From: Trichosphaerium sp. ATCC 40318
Taxonomy: Eukaryota; Protista; Tubulinea
Length of the DNA: 64,000 bases
Direction: 5' to 3'
Assembly: GCA_038496445.1 (NCBI GenBank)
Contig: JALMLS010000421.1
Location: 62,001-126,000 of the forward strand
A model generated the notes under the pieces. The model saw only the letters and a list, made by a program, of their open reading frames with translations, had not been told where the DNA came from and did no database searches. The translations under genes were made by a program, and so were the position numbers. This document shows positions 1-12,763 of this stretch, in pieces (positions within the stretch are counted from its first letter, which is position 1; every line of letters begins with the position of its first letter).

Positions 1-125
1 ATATTATACGTACGTTTGAAGTCACATGGTTTTTTTTTCAACAAAAACTTTGTCAGCGAGATGCTTTATTTTTGGCTTTTGAGTCTTTTTTTTCTACCCA
101 GAGGTAACATAGGTTGTACTAATTT

Positions 126-743
126 ATGTATTTGTTAGGCGAGCCATCACTTGTTTTACATATGAACCATATCAATGTGACTAAAGCTAAGATCAACCCT
201 GATAAAATGAAAAATTTTGGCGAACATGCATTGTTAAATGTCAACGAGACTGTAAAGAATAGGAGGATGAGATTCAGTCATGAAACACCACCACAATCTT
301 ATGAGCTTGCAAACATGGCTGCATGGTCTAAGGAAGAAAGTTCAGCAATCTTGAAGGGTATGGAATCAGAGCAGGGGTTAAAAGCCGAATGGAAGAAAGT
401 ACAAGCTTTATACGAGAAAACTTACGGCAAGACTGCTGAAGAGATGGGAGAAATGCAGTTAGCACAAATAGCTGTGGATGACGCTATGTCTGTGGAAGTA
501 AAAAATGAAGTTCCAGAAGATTCTAGTGGTGATGAGGCGAAACCAGGAATTAGGAACCTTCGACGTAAGAGAAAAATCGTTGTAAAGCGAAGAGTGAAGA
601 AGAAACAACCGATTGTCATTATTGATTCTTCTGATGATGAGGGCCTTGATGATGCTTCTGATGGCGATTATGTTCCTCCTGGTAAAAGAAAAGCTGGTTA
701 TGTTACTGGACCTACTGCAAAGAAGGCACAGTTGGAAGAATGA
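126..743 (+). CDS. Terminal exon of a hypothetical charged protein (basic NLS-like and acidic tracts)
   Basis: 205-codon ORF with a probable TTAG acceptor at ~136-139; contains RRKRKIVVKRRVKKK and DSSDDE-type tracts. The 5' exons are unresolved. Confidence 0.5.
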   Translation: MYLLGEPSLVLHMNHINVTKAKINPDKMKNFGEHALLNVNETVKNRRMRFSHETPPQSYELANMAAWSKEESSAILKGMESEQGLKAEWKKVQALYEKTYGKTAEEMGEMQLAQIAVDDAMSVEVKNEVPEDSSGDEAKPGIRNLRRKRKIVVKRRVKKKQPIVIIDSSDDEGLDDASDGDYVPPGKRKAGYVTGPTAKKAQLEE

Positions 744-974
744 GAGAAAAACTTATTGAAAGATTTTTTTTCCTTTTTCGGTTGGTTTGTGACTTTTAGT
801 TGAGCCTGTTGATGATGGGAACTTGTATGAAAGTTCTTACATGTCAAGGCAGTTCTAATACGTCTTAAAAAAAACTGACGTTGTACATAGAGGTGTAAAA
901 AAAGTAAATGTATTTATTGTATAATTTCCTGTTTTTTTCTTGCTTTTGTTTGTTTTCTCGCTTTATTCTTCTTC

Positions 975-2137
975 CTATTGAGTGTTTAGTTTTATTTTTA
1001 TTTCTGGTGGTTTTTGGTTTGGGTCTGTAAGTGCTTTTTTTGCTAGTTCTCTTATATTGTTGACGTCAGAGTTATCGACTAGTATGAACCAGTGCCATCC
1101 ACAATTATTGTCTTTGTATTTTATTTTCTTTATTTGGTTTTGAGTTATCCCAAGAACTTTCTTTATACTCATTGTGAATGGTACAATTGTTGTATCGTCT
1201 ATAAAGGGAAGTCAACTATTTAAACAATGTCTCACAAACTCGTTTTTTGACAACATTAAAAAAAAGACAAAAAGTTAACTAAAAATTTACTAACAACTAT
1301 GTAGTGAAAACAGAAAGAGACTTGTGGTACCATCTATATAAAATACCGATTTGCCCATTTGATGCCGTATTATAACTGTGTACTTATTCTTCTCTTCTTT
1401 TTTCTCCTTCTCAACGGTAGTGTTCTTTTGTTTTTTCCTTTTCTTTCGTTTCCTTTTCCGTTTTTTTTCCTTCTTTTCGTTCTTTTCTTTCTTCTCTTCC
1501 TTGTCTTCTCTTTTCCTCTTTCTACTCTTCTCTACCTTAATTTTCTTCTCCGTAGCGTCGTTTCCCGAAACCAAACGTATCTTTCGATAAGTTGCGTGAA
1601 CAATAGCAGAACGTTTTGCTTGTTTGTTAAAATACTTCTCAGTGCACTTAAACGATAATCCATCAGCTTTTATCTTATAATGAAGTAGAGTTTTTTTAAT
1701 ACTCCCCAATGTAGCGTTTTCTCTCCAGTTTGATTTCATGAAGTCGAGAAAATACTCCAAGTCCATTATCCCAAACCTTAAACAAAATCAAAATGAGCAA
1801 AAAAAAGACTGTTTTAGGTTTGTTTGGCGTTTGAACCCACATACGTGCAATGTCCTGTCCATTGAATACATTTATTACTTTCATCCTGTAGCATATCAAA
1901 AATCACTACTCTTGCTGAAGTTTCAGCTGTACGGGCTTTGTAGTAAGTCAAACAAGTAAGAAAAAAAAATTGTTGTAGGCAATCACGTGTAAGTAGGTAC
2001 TTTTGCTTTTTGTCAAATAAAAAAACTAAATAACGGTTTTTTCTAACAAGTACAATAGGCACTTGAGTGCTAAACCATATATCTGAATAGTTGAAGCGAA
2101 TGGCAACGAACGTACCTTGTAGACGTGACATTTTCAA
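975..2137 (-). CDS. Multi-exon hypothetical Lys-rich protein
   Basis: Collinear minus-strand ORFs (1814-2137, 1696-1899, 1290-1766, 975-1172) with a K/E-rich tract. No recognisable family. Confidence 0.35.
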
Positions 2138-2302
2138 AACCGTTATTTGTTTGCCCCAAAGTAAAAAAAACGATCAGGCTATTGGAGGTGTCTGTACGAA
2201 AGGAACAGCGCAGTCGCTGACCTCTAACGTTATAAAACGAAAAAAAGACTAAAAGAGACCACGATTTGCGACAAAGTATCTTATTATCGAAGCTCCTTAG
2301 CC

Positions 2303-3630
2303 ATGAAGGCTAAATATACGCCTTGCGATGCGTCCAGATGTTCGATGTTGGCTTTGCCTCTCGAAATGATTACGAGAGTGCTTTCGACGCTGGAAGTACC
2401 CACAATATTCGGGCTACGGCGTATATCGACTGAATTTCGCACAATTGTGGACGACGTAGTACATTGGCCCAAATACGCAAAGAAATCGCTTGAAAAACTC
2501 TCAAAATGCATGTGGAGTGTTTTAGATGACATATACTATGTTCCTGTTGATTTTTTTGGTATTCCACATCCACTCATTACCAGTAACCGTATGACGCTCT
2601 CAATGTATAAGGAAAATCCTTTTCCACGCAATAGAACCGAATGCAAGGAGTTATTAATGGTTCACAGCTTCTTTCGTAGGTTTTCTAAATTATCACGCGT
2701 AGAACTACAAGTTGGAGTAGAGGGTAAGCCCTAGTTCGTTTTTTGACCTCGTATTTTTAGTTTGTGGGTTTTTTTTTCCAACTGACTTATTCATTGAATT
2801 AAAGGAGTCGTTGGTCCTTTTTATGCTAAACTTGGAGAAGGACTATTAGATCACCCTATTATTATTTTAGCACGTGCATGTAACCAAACGACAGATGAAA
2901 TGATAGTGAATTATAAACATAAAACTGTAGATACTGGTACTGGATGGTGGACGCTATACGACAATAACTCGGTAAGTAGCAAAAATAGAAAGATTTTAAT
3001 TTCACGTTGTAGACGCAAAAATTCCTTCTTTTTGTTTTTTGGTAAATTGAGCCCTCTGCGATGCATTTACTATATAAATACGGTGTATACATACCCATGC
3101 ATTGTTACTGAAAGTTTGAGGAATCTTGTTAAAGGCAACCACTTTACTTTATTGCGCTATTTCAGGATTACATAACGGCCAGTCTGGTACATGCCGTTCT
3201 GGAACTTGATGGTATAAACACGTTCTATCACATGTAGTATACCGCCATGTATCAGAGTGGCCGTTTCCTAATGGTTTCATAATCTCGTTGATACATAAGA
3301 TTATATTTTAAAGTGTTTTGTTTTAAGGTTAATAGCAATTGTAAACATATTCTGTGGTAATCAACTTACAAAGAATGTTTATAGGCAGTTGAACTATGGC
3401 CAAAAGGTTTTTTGGGTGAAGAAATATTGAATGAAGGTGATAAGGATATCAATGAATTCATTGCTTTTTTAAAGTCAATGCGTTCTTGTGGTGTTTTTAA
3501 ATCTATTCATTTATTACATGCAGACATGAAAAGACAGACTTCAGACGTTCCATGGTGTAATGAGTTCTTATATGGAGTGACTCAGACTGGACTTATTTTT
3601 GGTCTTGGATTACTAGAACAAAAGTATTGA
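2303..3630 (+). CDS. F-box protein, multi-exon
   Basis: N-terminal LALPLEMITRVLSTLEVPTIFGLRRISTEFRTIV matches the F-box consensus; downstream exons run to a TGA at 3628-3630. Confidence 0.65.
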
Positions 3631-4042
3631 ACAAGAGATATCTTTGTGTTATTCTTGGTTACATGTAAATAAAAGCCATGTATTCCTTTTCAGCTGTATG
3701 TATCGTTTTCACCCGAGTTTCACATAATAGTTCTAAGTTGTTTGGATCAAATAAAGGTCAGCAGGAGTGCTGTATTCCGAAAACAATCAGATTGAAAAAA
3801 ACGTCTTTTTTTTTCAGACTTTTTTGTTTTTTTCATGTAATACTTGATGCCATCAAAGCCAACAACAGACTAAACTGTCAGAAAATCAGTATTTTTAATG
3901 TAGTTATAAGATAATCTATTCAAATCGATAAGTCCTTAAGGTCACGTTCAACAATCTCATCCCGATTTCACGTGAAATTTTTCAGTTTTCAAAAAAAACT
4001 TTATTATTTAAAAGCACCCGAATTAAACGGCTCTTCATCAAT

Positions 4043-6272
4043 ATGGTGTTTATCACAATAGCATTGCTAGCATTACTAGCGTTAACGTGGGTGTATATAC
4101 TTAAAAGCATGAAACAACAAAGACAAATAGCAAAAGGAGCGCAAGTATTCGAATCTGGTGTTGTACTTGGACCCAGTACGTATATCTAACCGCGGAGTCT
4201 TTGTTCAGAAAAAGACTTTTATCAAAACTTCCTAAAACGATACTCACATCACTCTACCCTTCGTACACGCGTTTACCTACAACGAAACAGTTTTTTGAAT
4301 TGATTGTGTACTCACTGATCCCGTTTTCAATAAAGAGCTTCGAGTGTGTGTTATTGGCTCTGGTTACGCGGGATTAGGCGCTGCTAAGCAGTTTAAGAAG
4401 CATGGGCATGATGTAACCATTTTAGAGAAAGCTGATGGTTTAGGCGGTGTTTGGCGTACAGGTACGATAAGTCCGTTGTATTGCTAGAGCTCTGACGCCT
4501 GAATTACAGCTTATCCTAACGTGACGCTTCAAAACTGGGGCGACGACTACCAGTTCAGCGACTTTAATGTACCAAGCTTTAGAAACCATCCTACAGCGCA
4601 TCAAGTGCTAGAGTAAGGCGTCAAAAGGTGAACAAACAGTTGATCGAGTTTTAGGTATTTGAAGGCTTATGCTGAACATAATCGTCTAGTAATCACGTAT
4701 AATACTACAGTAATATCTCTAGAACAGAAAGGAAAGGATAAAGACACAAAATGGCTTGTACATACTCGTAAAACAGACGGAGAAGATGTTGAAGTTCTTG
4801 AATTTGATTATATTATTTGTGCTATTGGACAGTACGGACATGCTCCTCATATACCAGGTTAGAAGTGTAGTCTTAGTTCTTGTGTACTTATGGATTATAT
4901 GTAGAACAATTGAGGAAGGAGAACTGGGTGAAGGATGGCAAGACAATCTTTGATGACAGCATTGAAGTCATTCATAGTTCAGAATACACAGATCAAAGTC
5001 AACTTGAAGGAAAACGTGCTCTTATTGTTGGATATGGTCGTTCATCTCTAGCTATAGCTACTCAGATTGCTGATAAGGGAGGTGAATGTCATCACGTGTT
5101 TAGGAAAGCGAGATGGGTGATGCCAATGTATATTTTTGGTACTGACTTAGTTAGTTTTTCTGGCTTAACTTTTTTTCTTTCAAGGTCTCGTTCACTACCG
5201 CCTAATTTTTGGAACAAAATTCGGCTGTGATCCTGTTCCTTGGTATAAGTATAACGCTCAGCAAAATATAATGGCTTCGATACCTCGATTTCATGAGATA
5301 ACATGGAACTTCTTTGAGTGGGTTGTAGCAACAAGCCTTGGAATTAAAAAAGACAGTATTATGTATCCTGAATCAAGGTACTCCAATCTTCTTAGTGCAC
5401 GTGTCAACAATTGTTTATATGTCACCAAGTCATATTTGCACTTTTTATTAACACGTGTACACGCCTATTTGCTCTGTTAAGTGATGAGTGGCGTGGCGTT
5501 AAGGATAGTATGGGTTTTTTTTTTCTTATTTTTTTCTTTAGATTAACTCAAGATATGCGAGCATCAATTGCCCTTGAACCCTTGAACTACTTCAAGTATC
5601 AAAAAACGGGTGTAATAAAATGTCATAAATCAGAGATTGAGTCATGGTCTAATAAAACAGTGACACTATCAAATGGGGATAAACTTGATGGAATAGATAT
5701 TGTAATTCTTGCAACTGGATTCAAACAAGAACATAGTATCCTACCAAAGATATTTACAGATAAACTCAACATCAAAAGAGACGGAGGAATTCAGTTATAT
5801 CGTCATTACATACACCCTGATTTACCAAATGTTGCATTCAGCGGATATGCTGCTTCATTAATGACAGGTGTCACCATTGAACTAGGTACGGAAAGAACAA
5901 AAAAATGTTGTCCCGAGAAACAACTGATATGTCTTCGATCTTGATCTTTTGATTCTAATAACCGCCGTGATAGGATGTATATGGTTAATGGCTGTTATAA
6001 GAGGTGATATTAAGCTTCCTTCAGCTGAAAAACAAAGAGAGGAAATTGAAAGAATAGCGAAATGGAAACGAGAAAACTTAACATATGAAAAAACAATGGC
6101 ACATGTTGTCAGTACTAGATTCTTCCACCACACTGAGACAGTTCTTGATGACCTTGGTGTTTCTCCATCAAGAAAAGCTCCTATACTTGAATATTTTATG
6201 AGATATACAGCTGATGATTATATCAATGTAGGGAATGAAGTAATTGCCAAATCAAAACTTCTAAACCAATAA
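4043..6272 (+). CDS. Flavin-containing monooxygenase (FMO family) with N-terminal membrane anchor
   Basis: VCVIGSGYAGLGAA..TILEKADGLGGVW (FAD GxGxxG), VIHSSEY fingerprint, ALIVGYGRSS (NADPH site) and IVILATGF; GT-AG introns. Confidence 0.9.
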
Positions 6273-6532
6273 AAAAATAGTTTCACATAGCAAGTCTCAC
6301 GTGTTGCCACAAATGAATGGCATTCAATCAAAACGTTTTTGTTCCTTACTATACTAACCCAATCGAACTTGATACTACTGGAAAGTCACTTCAGGTACTT
6401 CACGTGATGTTCAAAAGTACATTCTAAAAAAGTATGTTGTTGTGTTTTTTATGGTTTACAATATTGAAGCAGTTCATTGAGTTTGCAACTTTTTATTCAA
6501 TAAAGATATTGTCCTAGCTATAGTAGTGATAC

Positions 6533-7657
6533 TCAGTCTCTAAACATCTTAGATAATCGTTGTTGAGAACAAGGTGTTGGTATAAGCTTCTCAGAGCAAT
6601 TGTAATGAGAAGTATCATTAAACAAAATCAATCTAGCACCAAAAGGGTCAAGCTTGAAATCAAGAACTACGACAAAATAATAAGCTTACAACTTCAAAAC
6701 ATTACAACACAAAACCCAAACTTACTATTCATACAACATGGCTGTTGATCCAAATGATCTAAAAATAAACACATTAGTACACTTACAACTCAAGTAGAAT
6801 ATATACCTCTGTAGCGTCTGAGATCGAAACCTAGAACAGACCCAATGACCAAGCGAATAGTAGCTTTGTGTGAGACTACAATAACATTCTCTCCGTCATG
6901 TTTTGCAACTATTGTAACAATAAGAAAAAAAAATAAAAGCGCTCATCATCACACGTGCCTATTTCTCTGAATACAGGAAGTGCACGTGCTAGAACATTCA
7001 AACCAGATTCTCCGTCCTTAGGAGCGACTATTCAAAATAAGATAAACCAATAGAGTGAGGTAAAGTATAAGGGAAAACAAGTACACGTGAACGGATCATC
7101 TTCCCAGAATTTATACTCATCAGCATGATTCTTCTCGACATCAGCACGTGTTTTCTCCTCCCAGTGGCCGTGGTTAATCTCTTTGAGTCCAGGACGAAGT
7201 TGCAACTACTCTCTGGTTAGCCTACACGTGAAATAAAGACAAGAATGATGTGCACCTCTAAATTATGTGGTTCTGCTATTATAGTCGCTGTTTTAACAGT
7301 TCTCTTCATTGGAGAAGCGTATACTGCAGCAATATCGATGCCGGAAAGCCTGGAAGAAACGCAAGATGCCTAAATAAGAAAATAAGCGTGCTTTGTCGTC
7401 AAATTGATTTTGAAAGAGCGCGTTGGGGTTCCTATAGTTAAAGAGCGCGAAGGATAGGAGGCTTACCTGTTTTTCGCCTTCTTTTGAAAGCAACACGTCG
7501 GTTGCGCCTAGGAGTTATCTATAAGCGCTACTAAACGTTATAATAGCTTCATCAGCGTACCAGCAAAGCGATCCTCTTGTGTTAAGACTGTAGCGCCATG
7601 ACGAATGAGTATAATACGACAGTGTCCTTTCTTAACGTTTCCTGATACGTCAGACAT
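6533..7657 (-). CDS. Histidine phosphatase / phosphoglycerate mutase family protein
   Basis: Hand translation gives RIILIRHGAT (RHG motif), LKEINHGHWE, NVIVVSHKATIR and LFNDTSHY; multi-exon, with one GC-AG intron. Confidence 0.88.
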
Positions 7658-8108
7658 GATATTTACTTGTTGTTGCTTTGTTGTAAATGAATGGTAACTG
7701 ATTTTTTGATTTCTTTTCTTGCCTTATGGAGAAACTACTAGATTAAATTATGATGAAATTCCGTTTGTTTTCAACTTTTTTGTAGTTGTACAGTTTAACC
7801 GCTTTTCCCTATGCTATGAGTACTGTTTAATGTAGATACTTATGTCTTGTTTAGAAAAGTATAATAGGAAGGACTGTACATAAAAAGATGTTTTAGTCTG
7901 AATCCTATTTCCATTCTGGTACGGATTCTAAAAAAAGCATGAACTTGTTTATTGTGTAGATAAATAATACTTGTTATTATTAGGTAAGGAATATCTTGAA
8001 GCTTCCCCATCATAAAGGATAGTGCCTTCATTCTCTTTCATCCTAATCGAGGCAGTTGTTGTTTTACAGAGGGTTCAGGAGCTGTAATAGCACTTCTCTC
8101 ATCACTCC

Positions 8109-9329
8109 TTACGTGTTTGTACTGTATTTTCTTGTGTTCAGTGGTAAGGAAAGGTCAGAGTGGCAATGAATTAATCTTCCATTTTCATCCCATTGTTTGT
8201 ACTCTCCATACATCCTATAATCAACAAAATCACAATGTACTTTAATTTGTCCGTTCTCATGCCACTCCTTGTATTCACCACAGAATGTACCATCATTGTA
8301 ACAACAAAGAACCTTGAGTTGTCCATTATTGTACCACCTCTGGCATTCACCGTTTCTGTTGCCATTAATAAAAGTACATTTCTCAGATAGTTCCCCGTTC
8401 TGATGCCACTTCTTGCTTTCACCGTTCTCTGTATCATTAACAAATGTACAATGTAGTCTTAATTGCCCATTGTCATACCAACCTTTGTACTCTCCATTCT
8501 TTAAACCCTTGGTTTTTGTGCATTGTATGTCAAGTTGTCCATTAGGATGCCAATACTTTTGCTCGCCATTTTCTAGCCCGTCAATGTAATACAACTGAAG
8601 TTCAAGTTGTCCATTGGAATACCACCCCTTGTACTCACCACTTTCAGCTCCTTCTATAAAGTGATGCTTTGTCTTGATTTGTCCGGTGTTATACCACTCT
8701 CTGCAGTCACCATGTTTCTTTCCGTCAACAAACATGTCATGTGTCTGAAGTTGTCCGTTTTTATACCACTTTTTGCTGTCACCATTAAGGTTGTTTTCTT
8801 TGTAAGTATTTTCAAGGAATAGTGCCCCACTTTTCCTCCATATATTATGTACACCAGTTTGTTTGCCATTCATAAATGTGCATTGTTCTTTTAGTCGACC
8901 ATTATAATACCACGCTTTACACTCACCATGTCTTTTTCCAAGAATAAAATTCGTTTTAACATGAAGTTGTCCATTGCTGTAAAACTTTCTGTGTTCTCCA
9001 TTAATGTTATCATCGATGTACGCACATTGAAGTCTGATTTGACTAGACCTATACCATTTCGTAAATACGCCATTTCTTTTGCCATTGTTCATAGCTGATT
9101 GAGAACTAATTTGACCGCTTCTGTACCATTCTATCCATAGGCCTTTTTTCTCGAGTTCAGTGTTATAGTGAGTGTTTATTGCTGCTCGTTTTGATAGCAC
9201 GTGATACTTTTTAAATGTTTCAGAATCAAAAGTACATATAACACGTTGAATATCACAGGGAAGGTCTAAAATATTTTTTTGAAGCTCACCAAGGTGATGG
9301 TATTGACCAGGTTTTATTGATACTTGCAT
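8109..9329 (-). CDS. Intronless MORN-variant (YwqK-like) repeat protein with an F-box-like N-terminus
   Basis: About 13 repeats of 24 aa (NGxxxGEYKxWYxNGQL); N-terminal ILDLPCDIQRVICTF resembles an F-box start. Confidence 0.85.
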   Translation of the reverse strand: MQVSIKPGQYHHLGELQKNILDLPCDIQRVICTFDSETFKKYHVLSKRAAINTHYNTELEKKGLWIEWYRSGQISSQSAMNNGKRNGVFTKWYRSSQIRLQCAYIDDNINGEHRKFYSNGQLHVKTNFILGKRHGECKAWYYNGRLKEQCTFMNGKQTGVHNIWRKSGALFLENTYKENNLNGDSKKWYKNGQLQTHDMFVDGKKHGDCREWYNTGQIKTKHHFIEGAESGEYKGWYSNGQLELQLYYIDGLENGEQKYWHPNGQLDIQCTKTKGLKNGEYKGWYDNGQLRLHCTFVNDTENGESKKWHQNGELSEKCTFINGNRNGECQRWYNNGQLKVLCCYNDGTFCGEYKEWHENGQIKVHCDFVDYRMYGEYKQWDENGRLIHCHSDLSLPLNTRKYSTNT

Positions 9330-9868
9330 TTTCTCCTACAAAAAAACAGTAAGGATAAGGATTTCATAGCTAGATTTCTTTATTCTGGAGAGTAAATCCT
9401 TAACGTTAAGGACCTCGCAAGACGCTAATCGCACGTGGTAAAAAATAACAAAAAAACCCAAAGCAAGTAGTGAATGGTACAGTGCGAACGATTAGAATAT
9501 TCAAAACAATTTTTCGTCAGACCTCACAGCTTTTTTGCTGTTTGCGTAGAACTATGCTTTTTGTACCTTCGGATAATTAATATTTAGAAGTAGTTTATAA
9601 TAGAGGTAAGAGTCGGTAGTATGAACCCGAGATTTGATGTGTTAAAGTCAACGTCTTTCGTGCAAAATATGAACACGTGATTTAATATGAGCACTTTGCC
9701 ACTCTAAACGAAGTTAAATAACACCTTGATGGTGGTAGAAGTGATGAATTCTAGGGTACTTTAGTGTTTGTAGATTAGATTGGGAATCTTGGTTTGTTAA
9801 GCTGGCTAAGGCTAAGTTTCTTGTTGTTTTGACTTAAACCAACTAAAACGCACATCTCGCACCAAACA

Positions 9869-11239
9869 ATGAATTTCTCGTGGGTTTCAGTTGAGCAGGC
9901 ACTAACATACTTTCAAGAGAACCACACAGGAGCCTATGATACAATTACGGCAAAACAACACCAAATATTCATAACAGAGGTCAAGAATGCGTTGTGTATA
10001 TCCAATAGACGGCTTGAACAACGACTCGACAATATTTTATTCGACAGCTTGTCAAGTGGCGTTACTACAACGAATGAGCGTGAAACACATTCGAATAGTT
10101 TCAATGCGCTATCTAGACATACAGAGCACAGTCACACAGAAGTCAGATCTCTAAAACAAGAAGAAAAAAATACGTATGTACCTCAGGTTTTACATTACTT
10201 GCTAAACACTACTAGTGCTCATAAACAAGTGAATATTATTGACTTTCCACCTGAAGTTATTTCAAATATTCTACGTTTTACAGAAGATAAAGAGAGAGTT
10301 TCTGTTGCTCAATCATGTCATTTTATGGCTGACATAATTCATGACATTGTTGGTTACAATAATGTTTCTATCTGTTGTGTTCCAGATATTTTAAAGATTA
10401 GACAATACAAGGGCATAATGAATAACAGTATTATTAGACTAGACTTCATGGAGGATTATTCGCTGTTTTCTATGCTATTAGGTTGTTGCAAACTTGAGGG
10501 TGGGGACATAAATGTCACTGATGAAGATCTGAAACTACTTTCAAGTTCTAACAAAATCAAAACAATAGATTTAACACGTTGTGAACATGTGACAAGTGAA
10601 GGCATTAAAGCACTTGCCGGAGTTCATACCGTCAATCTTAATAGGACTAAAGTGACAGATGAAGGTCTAAAAGCACTTGTTGGAGTTCATACAATTGAGC
10701 TTAGTGAATGTTACAGAATATCAGATGAAGGTGTCAAAGCACTTGCTGGCGTTCATACCATCAATCTTACACATACTGAAGTAAGAGATGAAGGTCTAAA
10801 AGCGCTTGCTGGAGTTCACAAAATTGATTTGAGTAATTGTGGCCACTTTACAGATGAAGGGTTAAAGGCACTTGCTGGCGTTCATACCATCAATCTTAAT
10901 AGGACTAAAGTGACAGATGAAGGTCTAAAAGCACTTGTTGGAGTTCATACAATTGAGCTTAGTGAATGTTACAGAATATCAGATGAAGGGTTAAAAGCAC
11001 TTGCTGGCGTTCATACCATCAATCTTGATAGGACTAAAGTGACAGATAAAGGTATTAAAGCACTTGTTGGAGTTCATACCATCCATCTTAAATGTACTCA
11101 AGTGACAGATGAAGGTATTAAATCATTACAAGGGGTTAAATGCATTCACCTTTCAAGCTATTGTCTAATTACTCATGAGTATATTAAAGCTCTTAGAGTC
11201 GCATCAGTCACAGTATTCATAGGCTTGTGGAGCCACTGA
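9869..11239 (+). CDS. F-box/LRR protein with a family-specific N-terminal helical domain
   Basis: IIDFPPEVISNILRF..SVAQSCHF F-box followed by LAGVHTINLxxTKVTDEGLKA repeats. Probable 42-nt in-frame intron at 10174-10215. Confidence 0.85.
   Translation: MNFSWVSVEQALTYFQENHTGAYDTITAKQHQIFITEVKNALCISNRRLEQRLDNILFDSLSSGVTTTNERETHSNSFNALSRHTEHSHTEVRSLKQEEKNTYVPQVLHYLLNTTSAHKQVNIIDFPPEVISNILRFTEDKERVSVAQSCHFMADIIHDIVGYNNVSICCVPDILKIRQYKGIMNNSIIRLDFMEDYSLFSMLLGCCKLEGGDINVTDEDLKLLSSSNKIKTIDLTRCEHVTSEGIKALAGVHTVNLNRTKVTDEGLKALVGVHTIELSECYRISDEGVKALAGVHTINLTHTEVRDEGLKALAGVHKIDLSNCGHFTDEGLKALAGVHTINLNRTKVTDEGLKALVGVHTIELSECYRISDEGLKALAGVHTINLDRTKVTDKGIKALVGVHTIHLKCTQVTDEGIKSLQGVKCIHLSSYCLITHEYIKALRVASVTVFIGLWSH
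10590..11140 (+). repeat. Tandem LRR-coding DNA repeats including a near-exact two-unit duplication
   Basis: ~10622-10765 is nearly identical to ~10880-11025 (NRTKVTDEGLKALVGVHTIELSECYRISDEG occurs twice). Confidence 0.85.
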
Positions 11240-11428
11240 CATCAAACCTGGCCTTGAATAGGGGTGTCCAATGATAGATAAATGTATTAAACTGTTAGTT
11301 ATGCCATCATACTAAACAGGGAATAAACACATTAACCTTGAAGGCATTGTTCAATTACTGGTAAACACTAGATATGTTACATGTCGTATTATTCCTTTAG
11401 GCACTCTATCCTGACTGTTCAGAAAAGG

Positions 11429-11542
11429 CTATGCCACTGGAGCACGTTCCTGTTGTTCAGAAGTAATTTTGCCAAATGCTTGTCTATGCCTCGAACGGTA
11501 GTAGGCAAGTGCTTGATCTACTGAAACAACAGCAAAATTCAT
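11429..11542 (-). pseudogene. Truncated inverted N-terminal fragment of the F-box/LRR family
   Basis: MNFAVVSVDQALAYYRSRHRQAFGKITSEQQ aligns with the N-termini at 9869 and 25662, then stops. Confidence 0.75.
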
Positions 11543-12226
11543 TGTTTTGGTAGTGTTGTTTGGAGAAATAAGCCAATTCAGAAGCAGATTTCCTGAACCA
11601 GAGCATTCCAGTGTTATTTGAAAGTTTGAATAACATTGTGTTATCACTAATGCGAACAAGAACTTCCAACCAAATGTGGATTATCAATGGAGACTAGATT
11701 TTTTACGCCCAAAAGTATACAATGGAGTTTTGTTCTCACTTTTTTACGCTTTGATTTTAAGAGTCCACGCAATTGCTACGTTTTATAAATAAATATTTAA
11801 GCTATTCATACATGATTGTTTTGATGCACAATCTAGCTTCTAAATAGAGTTGTTGTTTAACCTGACGTGCATCACCGTTGGCCAGATCCATAAAGATCAA
11901 CAACAAGCGCCGCACATTACCTTCACCTGTTGACTCTAACACTGACATCACCGAATTTAGTGACACCTTTTGACGTATTTTGTAATTGCACATCAACAAA
12001 ATTATTCAAAACACAAACTCGTACAAACCATGCGCGTTCTACTACCTCTTGACTCATCTTTGTTGCATCAAATCCCATTCTGCAAACTCATTTGTCTATT
12101 GCACATAACCTGTTTGCTGTATTCAAGAGTATAACGTCATCAGGATTTTAAGCAAATCTGGCCATAACGCTATTGACTTTTTTTGGTTTAAACGCACAAA
12201 AACGTTACCTGGGCGCTATAGAGATC

Positions 12227-12763
12227 ATGTCTGATGCCAATGAGAGTAACGTACAACGTAAAAAATCAAAACGCTCAAATAGCAAAAAGAACGTTAAACC
12301 GAGACCAAAGTAAGTGTTTTAGCATCAAATACAGCGTGTCAGGGTAAGTTAAATAAAAAACTGACAATTATGGTAGATCAACCTCATATAGTCATAGCGT
12401 GTTATCAACTGGTGGAATAGACGTTAAAAAGCTTAACACTGAAGACGTAGACAACGTACGCTACAACTCAACCCAAATTTGTTACAAAGCTCATTTAACG
12501 CGCAGACGGATGCCCTATCAAGTATATCTTCATCAACACGCTCCCCTAGAGCGCGTTTAGATAAAAAATTACGTAAGCGTCTTGATCATCTTGAAACGAT
12601 GATCACAGAGCTATCAACGTCAACAAAAGCGCTTAGCAAGCAAATACAGAGCAAAGACGTTAAGCACTCCCAAAATGGATCTAACTCAACGCCTTGGGCT
12701 CTATGGTTGACACTAATATGTGTCTTTGCTTCAATCGCATTACAATTGTACAAAAGCTCGTAA
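12227..12763 (+). CDS. Small tail-anchored coiled-coil membrane protein
   Basis: ATG at 12227, GT-AG introns, a coiled-coil segment and a C-terminal hydrophobic helix WALWLTLICVFASIALQLY. Confidence 0.6.

Noticed and set aside
1359-1658. Phe/Leu-rich plus-strand ORFs resembling membrane proteins
   Set aside because: They are the antisense shadow of the Lys/Glu-rich minus-strand ORF.
8109-9329. Bacterial YwqJK toxin-antitoxin module
   Set aside because: Eukaryotic context and no adjacent toxin gene; only the repeat type is shared.
10590-11140. CRISPR-like repeat-spacer array
   Set aside because: The repeats are in-frame LRR coding units and no cas genes are present.
11802-11999. Short minus-strand ORF
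   Set aside because: No convincing start, splice model or family similarity.
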